A stretch of 32,000 nucleotides of DNA from Candidatus Saccharimonadota bacterium. Its GTDB lineage: Bacteria; Patescibacteriota; Saccharimonadia; Saccharimonadales; UBA4665. This document shows positions 24,354 to 32,000 of the stretch, in pieces. Each line of letters opens with the position of its first letter. Positions within the stretch are counted from its first letter, which is position 1. The notes below the pieces were generated by a model. The model made no database searches and had not been told where the DNA came from. It was given only the letters and a program-made list of their open reading frames with translations. The stretch spans positions 630,001 through 662,000 of the forward strand of contig CP025011.1 of NCBI GenBank assembly GCA_002952755.1. The letters run 5' to 3'. The translations under genes were made by a program, and so were the position numbers.

Positions 24354-25483
24354 CTACGCTCCAAGCCCTCAGGCTCAGCTCCAAAGTATTCCATTACTAA
24401 CTCGTTGTATCGGAAGAAAGAGTAAAGAAGATTCTTGACCTCCTCAACCCCGATTTCACCGTCAAGACGGAATAGTTTTTTGCGCTTGTATGCGCGCGCA
24501 TAGCCGGACTGATCCGAATTTTTCCAGTCATACCGCAGCCGTTTTGCGTGCTCTTGTTTTGTATAGATTAAAGTGGCGCAATCGAAATGCCTGAACGCCT
24601 GTAGCTCTTTGTTCCAGATAAAATGCGCGAAGCGGTGCAGGACATATTTGTCCCCGGCACTTACACGGGAACTTGTTGGTACAAGTTCTTCGATCTGAAA
24701 CTCCTTTTCGCCGTTCTTGTAGTCTGTTATGTAAAAGATAGTCTTTAATAAGGGAAAGGTGACCTCTAGCCTGCCAGTCGGGTCGTTTCTTGCATGAACC
24801 GTTACGCCCCTGTATTTAGGGTCGTCCAGTTTACTTTTGTCGAAGTATACCCCGTACCATTGGTCAAATTCCATCGTCTGATCTAGGTTGCGGGCCTGGG
24901 AGTAGCGAATCGGGTCTAGGGCAATCTTTAGTTTTACTTTTCCGTCACTCAATATGCGAGATAGCATTAACGGCGTATCGACAAAACGCGCACGGAAGAA
25001 GCGACGCAGAAAAGGGTGATAGTAAACAAGATTATCGCCAATGATGATCCCTTGCGCTTGTAGGTTCATTCGCTCATTAACTTCAGTCAGCCCGTAGCGA
25101 TCCACAGAAAAAGATACCGGCAACTCAAGTTTATCCGACTGCGTAGCGTAGTAATCAATTCCAGGGTGTGCGGCCATCGCGTCGAGTGCTACCATTCCGC
25201 CCAATGCTTGCTCTAGGCTTAGATTGCTCATTGGCACCACCCAATCCAGTTGAGGAACAAGCTGAATGAGGTCAGCCACACCTTTATCGGCGGCAGCTTC
25301 TTTGTATATTTGGTATAACTGATCGTAATGCGGTTTTATCTTGGGGGAAACCCTGTAGACTCCAAGATGCAGCGACCCTTGATTGATGTTGTTTAGTTCA
25401 AAAGCAATGTTGCGTGCCAGTGTAAAAACAGTGCGTCTGAGGTCTGGGTCATTACTGAATTTTTCAATAACAAGGCTCGTCAT
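24350..25483 (-). CDS. Hypothetical protein (377 aa), third gene of the Replic_Relax/protease operon
   Basis: A long uninterrupted ORF. Its ATG directly abuts the protease stop (GCATAAATGACG). No motif recognised. The 3' end overlaps the convergent Nudix gene by 4 nt. Confidence 0.7.
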   Translation of the reverse strand: MTSLVIEKFSNDPDLRRTVFTLARNIAFELNNINQGSLHLGVYRVSPKIKPHYDQLYQIYKEAAADKGVADLIQLVPQLDWVVPMSNLSLEQALGGMVALDAMAAHPGIDYYATQSDKLELPVSFSVDRYGLTEVNERMNLQAQGIIIGDNLVYYHPFLRRFFRARFVDTPLMLSRILSDGKVKLKIALDPIRYSQARNLDQTMEFDQWYGVYFDKSKLDDPKYRGVTVHARNDPTGRLEVTFPLLKTIFYITDYKNGEKEFQIEELVPTSSRVSAGDKYVLHRFAHFIWNKELQAFRHFDCATLIYTKQEHAKRLRYDWKNSDQSGYARAYKRKKLFRLDGEIGVEEVKNLLYSFFRYNELVMEYFGAEPEGLERS

Positions 25484-26404
25484 TTATGCCTCTGTAACCA
25501 TCCGCTGGAAGCTAGGGGCAACTTCTGGGCAACTTTTGCACTTAATATTTCGACTGTCCCAAAGCATTTCGTCATTCCTTATGATGAAATGCTCAAGCCC
25601 AACGGAATCAATTGCGCCTGACATGCACAATTCAAGTAAGGTGGTGGTTCTCTTTTCCTCGCCGACATCAGCGTTCAACTCAACCTTTGACGCAAAAGCA
25701 GTATGAATGGGTATTACGAAAGAAGTATAAAAGGGGTGCTCTGCGGTCGGGGTTAATCCATCAGAATTTATGCCGCATAGACGCCCCTGTTCGTTAAAAA
25801 CCGGCCCTCCACTCATGCCGCCATCTATGGGCGCGTTGGTCTGAAACCGAGGCGTTCTACGAGTTATTGACGTATCTATGTCCTCAACAACGCCTTCTGA
25901 TGTGCGCATAGCAAGCACATGCTTAGATTGACCATCTGCTTGCTGTAAGTTTTTCATATTGGGATAGCCAAGCGAGACTATCCGACTGCCGACGCGTGGC
26001 ATATGAAGGTCTATTTGAACTCTAGGATTCAGCTTACATACTTGCTCGGCCATCTTCCCCGAACACTTGTCCGCAACCAGTATTGCCAGGTCGCTATTAG
26101 CTATCAAATGCACTTTGGCGACATGCCATACTACTAGGCCTAGTCCCTTCAAGGGCTGTAGAATTTCTAAGTTAAAGCTCACGTCCATATCTTGGGAGGA
26201 CCAATCCGGCAGGGTAATATCAAGATTCTCATGATCTTTGATGTACTGTTCGGGGAGGTGTTTGGCTGTAAGAAAAACCCCGGGCATTAGGAATGTGGCT
26301 GAGCCAATTATTCGTTTATGTCCGGCTCTTACGTCGGCGACAGGGAGGCAGACCATGTCTGACATGCTCTTAAAGTATTTTTTCCAATTATCCTTAGCCG
26401 TCAT
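25484..26404 (-). CDS. Cytoplasmic trypsin-like (S1/chymotrypsin fold) serine protease
   Basis: 306-aa ORF with no signal peptide. Candidate triad: His in VFLTAKH, Asp in NSDLAIL, Ser in DGGMSGGPVF (a GDSGGP variant). A ~90-aa C-terminal extension contains CKSC. Confidence 0.8.
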   Translation of the reverse strand: MTAKDNWKKYFKSMSDMVCLPVADVRAGHKRIIGSATFLMPGVFLTAKHLPEQYIKDHENLDITLPDWSSQDMDVSFNLEILQPLKGLGLVVWHVAKVHLIANSDLAILVADKCSGKMAEQVCKLNPRVQIDLHMPRVGSRIVSLGYPNMKNLQQADGQSKHVLAMRTSEGVVEDIDTSITRRTPRFQTNAPIDGGMSGGPVFNEQGRLCGINSDGLTPTAEHPFYTSFVIPIHTAFASKVELNADVGEEKRTTTLLELCMSGAIDSVGLEHFIIRNDEMLWDSRNIKCKSCPEVAPSFQRMVTEA

Positions 26405-27190
26405 TTATATTTCCTCCCAAATCATACTCGCAACTCCATGTTTTTGGATCTTCTCTAGTGTTGTGATACGAAGCTGCAAATCTTCATCGCTCCAATCGTC
26501 CTCTATGAGCTTCTTGACGCGTCGCTTTACATAAATTAAGTCGGCCATAGTAGCGCAGATAAACAGAGCGATTGGTACAGGGCCGTTGTCATCATTCCAC
26601 TCGCTTGCCAGGTAGTCCGCATAGTCTTTGAGACGTTTGCGGAGTTGGTAGCGCGGCAGTGTTTGCTCAAAGCTCTCTATAAAGTAGTTGGTTGTTTCGT
26701 CACCTTGCTGCTTCGAGAAGAAAAAGTGCGGCTTAAGTTCATCAAGAAAGCGGTGCGAGCTTTCGGGATCAGCATAGTCAGCGGACAGTACAAACGAGTA
26801 CTTCAATTCGCCGCTGCTCTTTGCTCGCAGCGCAATACAACAATCCGTCACCAGCAAACACCTATCAATAAAAACTTGTGTGCGGCCTGGCTCTTTGTAC
26901 CGCTTCCTGAGTTCTTCGTCGGGATAAGTGCCAACCTCGCGTAAATACCGAATACCATTGAGCGCTAGATAGTAGATTGCCGGTTTGGATTTAGCGATAA
27001 AGTCAGTAGCATCGTAGTGCCAATCTACATACTGCTTGTCTCTCAAATCTTTTAACCAACTTATTATCCGTCTTTTATCTTTGTGTTCTAGTAATGCTTG
27101 TATGTGTGTTCTGTTTAGGAATCTATATTTATATAGTAGTTTTAGTATTTCTTGTTGTTTGGTGGTGATAGCGGGGAGTGTGTTAGTCAT
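26405..27190 (-). CDS. Replication-relaxation (Replic_Relax) family protein with N-terminal wHTH
   Basis: 261-aa ORF. The N-terminus ITTKQQEILKLLYKYRFLNRTHIQALL is the family's characteristic opening. The later segment KPHFFFSKQQGDETTNYFIESFEQT corresponds to the family's pDa.f....ffvEvDrgT block, but with substitutions. Confidence 0.75.
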   Translation of the reverse strand: MTNTLPAITTKQQEILKLLYKYRFLNRTHIQALLEHKDKRRIISWLKDLRDKQYVDWHYDATDFIAKSKPAIYYLALNGIRYLREVGTYPDEELRKRYKEPGRTQVFIDRCLLVTDCCIALRAKSSGELKYSFVLSADYADPESSHRFLDELKPHFFFSKQQGDETTNYFIESFEQTLPRYQLRKRLKDYADYLASEWNDDNGPVPIALFICATMADLIYVKRRVKKLIEDDWSDEDLQLRITTLEKIQKHGVASMIWEEI

Positions 27191-27295
27191 TGTATGTGAT
27201 TGGCGTGAGTGAATATATTTTGCCTACCCCTCCTACACCGATTTATTTAATAGGTAAGGGCTACGCTAAAACGAGTATATCAGATAGTGCAGATA

Positions 27296-27323
27296 CAAAA
27301 ATTGTCACCGCCCTTGGTGACAA
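27296..27323 (-). terminator. Rho-independent terminator for the 88-aa gene
   Basis: The minus strand reads TTGTCACC-aagggc-GGTGACAA followed by TTTTTG (stem 27302-27309 / 27316-27323, T-run 27296-27301). Confidence 0.55.
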
Positions 27324-27345
27324 AGTACAGATAAAAAATTAAGCC

Positions 27346-27612
27346 CTAATCGTTTTGTTTGTCGGTCAATGCTTTACCGACTTCGTTTGCAAAAAGGGCA
27401 AAATCTTCTTCGGGAGCTGCGGGATTGTCCTCTTGTATTTCGTGAGCTTTCGCATAAAGCTTCAAAACCTCTATGGCGAGCTTGGGGTTTCGCTGCGCTA
27501 TGAAAAGCAAATTAAAGCCGACGGCGTCAACATTTGAGCCATGCGCTGAACTAGCAAGCGCAGTTGGCCGGTCTTCGCGAATGTTGAGTTTGGTTGATTT
27601 TGCGTCGGACAT
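27346..27612 (-). CDS. Hypothetical small protein (88 aa)
   Basis: The ORF is followed by a good terminator and is divergent from an XRE gene. No motif recognised. Confidence 0.5.
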   Translation of the reverse strand: MSDAKSTKLNIREDRPTALASSAHGSNVDAVGFNLLFIAQRNPKLAIEVLKLYAKAHEIQEDNPAAPEEDFALFANEVGKALTDKQND

Positions 27613-27695
27613 CTAATAACTAGAATACCCTTGTTTGGCGAAAAAGCGAGCATAAGCGGCTCGCTGTAATCTGTCCATGCTACAATACGGGGAAG

Positions 27696-27914
27696 ATGAC
27701 AGACGATAAAGCCTCTATTGAACGCACGGCCGCCAGGCTTCGGAAGGCGCGGCAAACTAAAAGCATGACGCAAGCTGAGGTGGCAAAGAAAGCCGGAATT
27801 AGCGAAAATCATTACGCGCAAATTGAGCGTGCCGAGAAGAACCCGACAGTCTCAACTTTTAAGAATATCGTTAAAGCCCTTGGCGTTTCTTCGGCGGAAA
27901 TATTAGATAAGTAA
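27696..27914 (+). CDS. XRE-family helix-turn-helix transcriptional regulator
   Basis: LRKARQTKSMTQAEVAKKAGISENHYAQIERAEKNPTVSTFKNIVKALGV. Confidence 0.85.
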   Translation: MTDDKASIERTAARLRKARQTKSMTQAEVAKKAGISENHYAQIERAEKNPTVSTFKNIVKALGVSSAEILDK

Positions 27915-27917
27915 GTT

Positions 27918-28175
27918 ATGAAGCCCTCCCCTCGATCATTAAAGCTGCTTGAAATATTTGGCTGGTATGGAGCGATCGCTATTCTCTCAGCATATGCCCT
28001 GGTGAGCTTTAATGTAGTTCCTGCGGACGGCTGGGCATATCAACTACTAAATCTCACCGGTGCAATCGGCGTGATGATAATTTCATTTATAAAGCAGGCG
28101 CGGCAGCCTGCGCTCCTTAATTTAGTCTGGGCACTTGTGGCGTTTATTGCTCTAATCGGCCTCGCCATCAAGTAA
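27918..28175 (+). CDS. Small three-helix membrane protein (possibly CBU_0592-like family)
   Basis: 85-aa ORF 3 nt after the XRE stop, with three hydrophobic segments (WYGAIAILSAYALVSF, LLNLTGAIGVMIISFI, LLNLVWALVAFIALIGLAI). The family name is from memory and unverified. Confidence 0.55.
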   Translation: MKPSPRSLKLLEIFGWYGAIAILSAYALVSFNVVPADGWAYQLLNLTGAIGVMIISFIKQARQPALLNLVWALVAFIALIGLAIK

Positions 28176-28181
28176 GTGTCT

Positions 28182-28718
28182 CTACACTTCAAGTTCTAGG
28201 AAGCTGCCTTGACTTACTTCTAAGCTCCAGGCTTCTTCATTTGAGATGTTTTTAACAATTGCGACCGCAGCCTGGATTACCCATTGAGAAGTTACGACCA
28301 ACACGGTGTTGTACGGCTTGGCTTTTAGCTCATCCAGGAATGCGGCCACTCGCTTTTTCATGTCCTCTATAGATTCGCCGTCATTAAAGTGTGCCGTCCA
28401 GCGGTTTTCTGCTTTATCCAATGCTTCCATTAGCAGCTTGGCGGACTTGCCCTCAAATCCTGAACGATGATCGTTAAGCAAAGGGGCTGTCTCAATCGGA
28501 ACGTTATGGAACTCGTTCACAATTACTGCGGTTTGCTGGGTACGCTTAAGTTCTGAAATGAAGATACGTTCAATCGCTACGTCCTTAAGCTTGTCTGCTA
28601 GGATTTTTGCCTGTTCTTCACCTGTAGCGGTTATATATACATCTACCGAGGGGTCGGCGTTGCAAAGTTCAAGATCGTTGTAATTGGTTCGTCCGTGACG
28701 GGCAAAGTATACTTTCAT
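28182..28718 (-). CDS. Histidine phosphatase (phosphoglycerate mutase-like) family protein
   Basis: N-terminal RHG motif MKVYFARHGRTNYN. The 178-aa length is typical of the family. Confidence 0.8.
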   Translation of the reverse strand: MKVYFARHGRTNYNDLELCNADPSVDVYITATGEEQAKILADKLKDVAIERIFISELKRTQQTAVIVNEFHNVPIETAPLLNDHRSGFEGKSAKLLMEALDKAENRWTAHFNDGESIEDMKKRVAAFLDELKAKPYNTVLVVTSQWVIQAAVAIVKNISNEEAWSLEVSQGSFLELEV

Positions 28719-28795
28719 CTTTTTATCATAATCTATTAGCTTGCAAACACAGGCCTATTTAACTACCCGCACAATACTACACTTTACCCTTGAAA

Positions 28796-28838
28796 CTATA
28801 GCCTTAGCTATAGTAAACTATATCTATAGCAATAGATA
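28796..28838. repeat. Two adjacent CTATAG-based palindromes upstream of the recombinase module
   Basis: CTATAGC-ctta-GCTATAG (28796-28813) and TATCTAT-agca-ATAGATA (28821-28838), with AAACTATA repeated at 28793 and 28815. Confidence 0.45.
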
Positions 28839-28842
28839 ACAG

Positions 28843-29067
28843 ATGAGGGTAATCATGTTATTAACCAGCCAACGATCAGGGGAAATCGAGACGCAACTGC
28901 CGGGTGCGGATGATGCCGACACCGACAATGTAGAGGCACTGCGCCAGATTCTAGCCAAGCAGGAACGGCGCGAGGTGGGCTACAGCGAAGCCCAGGAGAT
29001 CGGCGCGTCGCTCATTGAGTTTTATCAAATACTGGCAGAAGAGGCGTCTGATGACTCCGAAGGATAA
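28843..29067 (+). CDS. Small acidic hypothetical protein overlapping the recombinase start
   Basis: 74-aa ORF (alternative ATG at 28855). Asp/Glu-rich (GADDADTDNVE..., ...EEASDDSEG). Its last 17 nt overlap the recombinase ATG at 29051. Confidence 0.4.
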   Translation: MRVIMLLTSQRSGEIETQLPGADDADTDNVEALRQILAKQERREVGYSEAQEIGASLIEFYQILAEEASDDSEG

Positions 29068-30535
29068 AGCTGTTATTCTCGCCCGTGTATCGAGTAAATC
29101 TCAAGAAGACGAGGGCTACTCGCTAGACTCCCAGGTGAAGCTGCTGCACTCGTACTGTGAGAACAAAAACCTTGCCATTGCTATGACTTTCAAAATCACC
29201 GAGTCAGCTTCTAAGGCTACTCAGCGCCGCACGTTCAACGAGGCAATGAAGTACATCGAAGACCACAAAATTAAGCACCTCATCATCGAAAAGGTAGATC
29301 GCCACGTCCGCAACTTGCACGACGCCGTAACGACGCACGACTGGCTCATGGCTGACGAAGACCGGCACGTGCACTTCGTCAAAGATTCCCTCATCATGCA
29401 CAAAAATTCGCGTTCGCAGGAGTGGCTCAACTGGGGTATCCGTGTGGTGATGTCCAAAAACTACATCGACAACTTGCGCGAAGAAGCCATGAAAGGTTGG
29501 GCGGAAAAACTAGCCCAAGGTTGGCTACCCTCAACTCCGCCACCCGGCTACATAACGATCACCGAGAACGGTAAGCGCATACACGTGCCGGATGCCGTGA
29601 CGAGTAAGCTCATGTTCAACGTCTTTCGGTTTTATCTGAATCCTGGCGAGTCGCTCGATTCGACCATTCGCTACATGATTAAGCTTGGCATTGTTACCCG
29701 CCAGGGCAAGCCGTATGTCAAAAGCCATTTGCAGCGCATTCTTATGAATCCGTTTTACATCGGTATCAATCGCTTTAACGGCAAGGATTACCCTGGTGCA
29801 CAAGAAACCTTTATCCCAAAGACGCTCTTCAAGCGTGTACAGGACAAATTACACGGCGGCAGGCCACGAAGCTACAACAAGCACTACTCGCCGTTACAGG
29901 GCGTAATCCGCTGCGAAGATTGCGGGTCAATCGTTACTTGGCAGAAACAGAAGGGCCACTACTACGGTGTCTGTCGGCGGCTTACCGAGGCTTGCAAGCA
30001 AGGCAAGATGCTACGCGAGGACTACGTCGAGGAAATGATTGTAGCGGAACTTAAAAAGCTCGTCTGCCCGTCGCCGGAGATTATTGATTGGGTAGCCAAC
30101 GCCATGCGCACGCAGTACAAAGACCGGATTGAAGAGCGTGAGCGCATTGTAGACACGCTAGGGGCTCAACTAAAGCGCATCGACACTATGGACGAGACTT
30201 TGTACGATGACAAGCTCTCAGGCGAGATAAGTAAAGAAAGGTACGAGGAGAAGCATGGACTGTTCATGAAGCAGAAGGCCGAAATCGAGAGCCAACTTAA
30301 CAACGTCGATGCGTCTATGAGCGAACGGCTGGAACAGCGCCTAGTAATCCTAGAACTATCCCAAAAAGCAGCCGATTTATACGCCAAGAAGACGCCAGAG
30401 CAAAAACGCCTGATAATTTCCAAACTTTTCGAGAATCTAACCTTAAAAGGAGGTGTCGTATCTGTTAAATATTCAAAGTTCGCTCTAGCAATCGCCGATA
30501 AAGTTCAAAAAACCCGTAATTTACTGGAGGCCTAA
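29051..30535 (+). CDS. Large serine recombinase (resolvase domain + recombinase domain + zinc ribbon + coiled coil)
   Basis: Catalytic region AVILARVSSKSQEDEGYSLDSQ...EKVDRHVRN. Zinc-ribbon-like CEDCGSIVTW...GVCRR. Long Glu/Lys-rich coiled-coil tail. The track ORF starts at TTG 29015; ATG 29051 (MTPKDK...) is more plausible. Confidence 0.9.
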   Translation: MTPKDKAVILARVSSKSQEDEGYSLDSQVKLLHSYCENKNLAIAMTFKITESASKATQRRTFNEAMKYIEDHKIKHLIIEKVDRHVRNLHDAVTTHDWLMADEDRHVHFVKDSLIMHKNSRSQEWLNWGIRVVMSKNYIDNLREEAMKGWAEKLAQGWLPSTPPPGYITITENGKRIHVPDAVTSKLMFNVFRFYLNPGESLDSTIRYMIKLGIVTRQGKPYVKSHLQRILMNPFYIGINRFNGKDYPGAQETFIPKTLFKRVQDKLHGGRPRSYNKHYSPLQGVIRCEDCGSIVTWQKQKGHYYGVCRRLTEACKQGKMLREDYVEEMIVAELKKLVCPSPEIIDWVANAMRTQYKDRIEERERIVDTLGAQLKRIDTMDETLYDDKLSGEISKERYEEKHGLFMKQKAEIESQLNNVDASMSERLEQRLVILELSQKAADLYAKKTPEQKRLIISKLFENLTLKGGVVSVKYSKFALAIADKVQKTRNLLEA

Positions 30536-30809
30536 AAATGACATTCCAAACCCCACAAAACGACCAAGCTAACAGATACAAAAACAGCTCCGAAGAACTG
30601 TCTGACGAAATTTGTTCTATATGGCTGGGCATCACGTGCCTAGTAAAAACTTTTAATAGAGATGTGGGCGAGAAAATTAACGTCAACGAAATTTACGATT
30701 TACTTGAGAAGGGTGATATAACAGCACCCGCTTGGTTGGTTGGCGGTTTAAAATACTCCAACATTTTATCACCACGCCACTATTTTACCATCCAGTCCAT
30801 CAATGCAAC

Positions 30810-31412
30810 TTACTTCAAAACCTTGTACCGAATGTGGGTCGCAAGCCGAGTGCCACTGGCCTCCAAGGGTTCAAGCTTGAGGTTTGGCACACCATCAAAC
30901 AAGCGAGCACCACTACCAATCGTAACGGGCGCAATATGCAGCCAGAGCTCGTCAATAAGGCCGGCCGCAAGATACTGGTTAACTGTGTTGGCGCCTCCGG
31001 CAATGCTTATTTTTCCACCCCCTGCAGCCTCTTGGGCTTGCCTGAAAGCCGACTCAATTCCATCGGTCACAAAGTGGAATGTTGTACCACCCTCCATTGG
31101 AATCGACTCTCGCGGGTTCTCGCAAAGCACAAAGACTGGAGCATGGTATGGAGGATTGTCACCCCACCAGCCCTCCCATTCTGGGTCGTCGCGCTTGTCT
31201 TTCGGCATAAACATGTTGCTGCCCATGATGAATGCACCGGCATCAACCAAATAATTGAGCATCTCATCCCTCTGCTTGTTGTCATCTTCGTCAAACATCC
31301 AGTGGTGCAACAGGTTCTCGGGGATATCGCCCATCGGGTTTTTCAGACTCTGGTTTGGACCTGCGACAAACCCATCCAGCGACATCGTGATTCCGCATGT
31401 AACTTTACTCAT
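30810..31412 (-). CDS. Dihydrofolate reductase family protein (RibD C-terminal domain type)
   Basis: 200-aa ORF: ITMSLDGFVAGPNQ...FIMGSNMF...ISIAGGANTVNQYLAAGLIDELWLHIAPVTIGSGARLF. Confidence 0.85.
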   Translation of the reverse strand: MSKVTCGITMSLDGFVAGPNQSLKNPMGDIPENLLHHWMFDEDDNKQRDEMLNYLVDAGAFIMGSNMFMPKDKRDDPEWEGWWGDNPPYHAPVFVLCENPRESIPMEGGTTFHFVTDGIESAFRQAQEAAGGGKISIAGGANTVNQYLAAGLIDELWLHIAPVTIGSGARLFDGVPNLKLEPLEASGTRLATHIRYKVLK

Positions 31413-31465
31413 GTGGGTATCCTCATTACTCTTTCTCTTAAATTATGGCTATTTGGCCTCTTTAC

Positions 31466-31981
31466 TTATTTACCTGGAGCCACCCATAGGGGGTAGAGGT
31501 GTTCTACTTCACCAAACCTGCTGCCAAAATCAGGCAGTTCTTTGTCGTCCACAAAGGCTGCAAGCCGATCGAGAATGACATGTGTACCAGGAGCAACGCC
31601 GGCAGTAGAGGTCAAGCCGCTCTGGGTAAACGTCAGTTCAGTACCGTTATCTTTTGGCTCTAAGGTCCAGGTTACCACGGTTTGTGCGCCACCTGGCATC
31701 TCAGGAACTGGCTCGTGATTATGCTCGTACTGAAACTGCTTAGGTTGATCCAAGACGGTAATTGGTCCCTGCCACGTGAACGGACCAGAATGGACGGTAA
31801 ATATTCCACCTACTTTCGGGTCAATTTCCGCTGTAGCGTTATACCATTTTCCAAATTGCTCTGGATCGGTCAGAGCTCGCCACACTACGTCTGTAGCATG
31901 TGGCAGGAACCGCTTAAATGTAAGTGTTGCATACCCATCTGCTGTTGTATCGACTGTACCCATTTGCATATCTTGATTCAC
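31466..31981 (-). CDS. SRPBCC/AHSA1 (activator of Hsp90 ATPase homolog 1-like) domain protein
   Basis: 171-aa ORF: LTFKRFLPHATDVVWRALTDPEQFGKWY...TVVTWTLEPKDNGTELTFTQSG is the usual AHSA1-domain pattern. The start may be one of the internal Met codons (MQMGT...). Confidence 0.75.
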   Translation of the reverse strand: MNQDMQMGTVDTTADGYATLTFKRFLPHATDVVWRALTDPEQFGKWYNATAEIDPKVGGIFTVHSGPFTWQGPITVLDQPKQFQYEHNHEPVPEMPGGAQTVVTWTLEPKDNGTELTFTQSGLTSTAGVAPGTHVILDRLAAFVDDKELPDFGSRFGEVEHLYPLWVAPGK

Positions 31982-32000
31982 TTTATCTTCCCCTTTATTA

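Larger units (their letters stand above)
13301..30535. mobile_element. Putative ~17 kb integrative/mobilisable genomic island (boundaries approximate)
   Basis: The right end carries a large serine recombinase and the left end an IS cluster. The interior holds a T4CP-like ATPase, Replic_Relax, RadC, nucleases and three XRE regulators. The flanks carry paralogous housekeeping-type cargo (DHFR-family and SRPBCC genes on both sides). No att sites identified. Confidence 0.45.

Noticed and set aside
24350-25483. Reading the 377-aa protein as a bacterial gasdermin-like pore former activated by the neighbouring protease
   Set aside because: It is larger than typical bacterial gasdermins. I see no N-terminal Cys or hydrophobic signature and no recognisable similarity. 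The idea is kept only as one of several possible protease-substrate scenarios.
30538-31496. Long plus-strand ORFs 30538-31254 (238 aa) and 30732-31496 (254 aa) just after the recombinase
   Set aside because: Both run antisense through the well-supported DHFR-family gene (30810-31412, minus). Their translations are low-complexity (Ser/Pro/Ala-rich) and motif-free. Only the first ~85 codons of 30538 lie in otherwise non-coding DNA, and they end in no natural stop there. Treated as shadow ORFs.

Overview
Bacterial chromosomal window with no rRNA, tRNA or CRISPR array and no phylogenetic marker, so no taxon is called. It has three parts.

(1) 1-12 kb and 30.8-32 kb hold ordinary stress and xenobiotic-type cargo. 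This includes two MarR regulators, an HxlR regulator and an MmyB-like XRE regulator. It also includes a polytopic membrane-anchored multicopper oxidase, two SRPBCC proteins and two intact RibD_C/dihydrofolate-reductase-family proteins plus one remnant. The rest is a VOC protein, a DHA2-type MFS exporter, a PaaK/F390-type adenylate-forming ligase and an alpha/beta hydrolase. Decayed fragments are interspersed, including a Doc toxin remnant and a frameshifted unknown gene.

(2) 12.0-13.7 kb is an IS hot-spot with two different IS200-type tnpA copies, each with subterminal hairpins, and a truncated IS5-family transposase.

(3) 13.7-30.5 kb looks like a ~17 kb integrative/mobilisable island ending in a large serine recombinase. 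It carries a PLD-family (HKD) nuclease, a membrane-anchored HNH nuclease, RadC, an ANT-like nucleotidyltransferase, a VirD4/TraD-like ATPase and a replication-relaxation protein.

The island also holds three compact modules I cannot assign to any named system:
- (a) an XRE-controlled cassette (14983-18131) with an Mrr-like PD-(D/E)xK domain fused to ~400 aa of unknown sequence, a 201-aa unknown and a DUF3800-like gene;
- (b) a zero-gap operon (24350-27190) of a Replic_Relax protein, a cytoplasmic trypsin-like protease and a 377-aa unknown;
- (c) a divergent trio (22393-24353) of an HhH-GPD-like glycosylase, a nucleoside 2-deoxyribosyltransferase-like/RHH fusion and a Nudix hydrolase.

All functional calls rest on motif reading by eye. 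No database search was possible.
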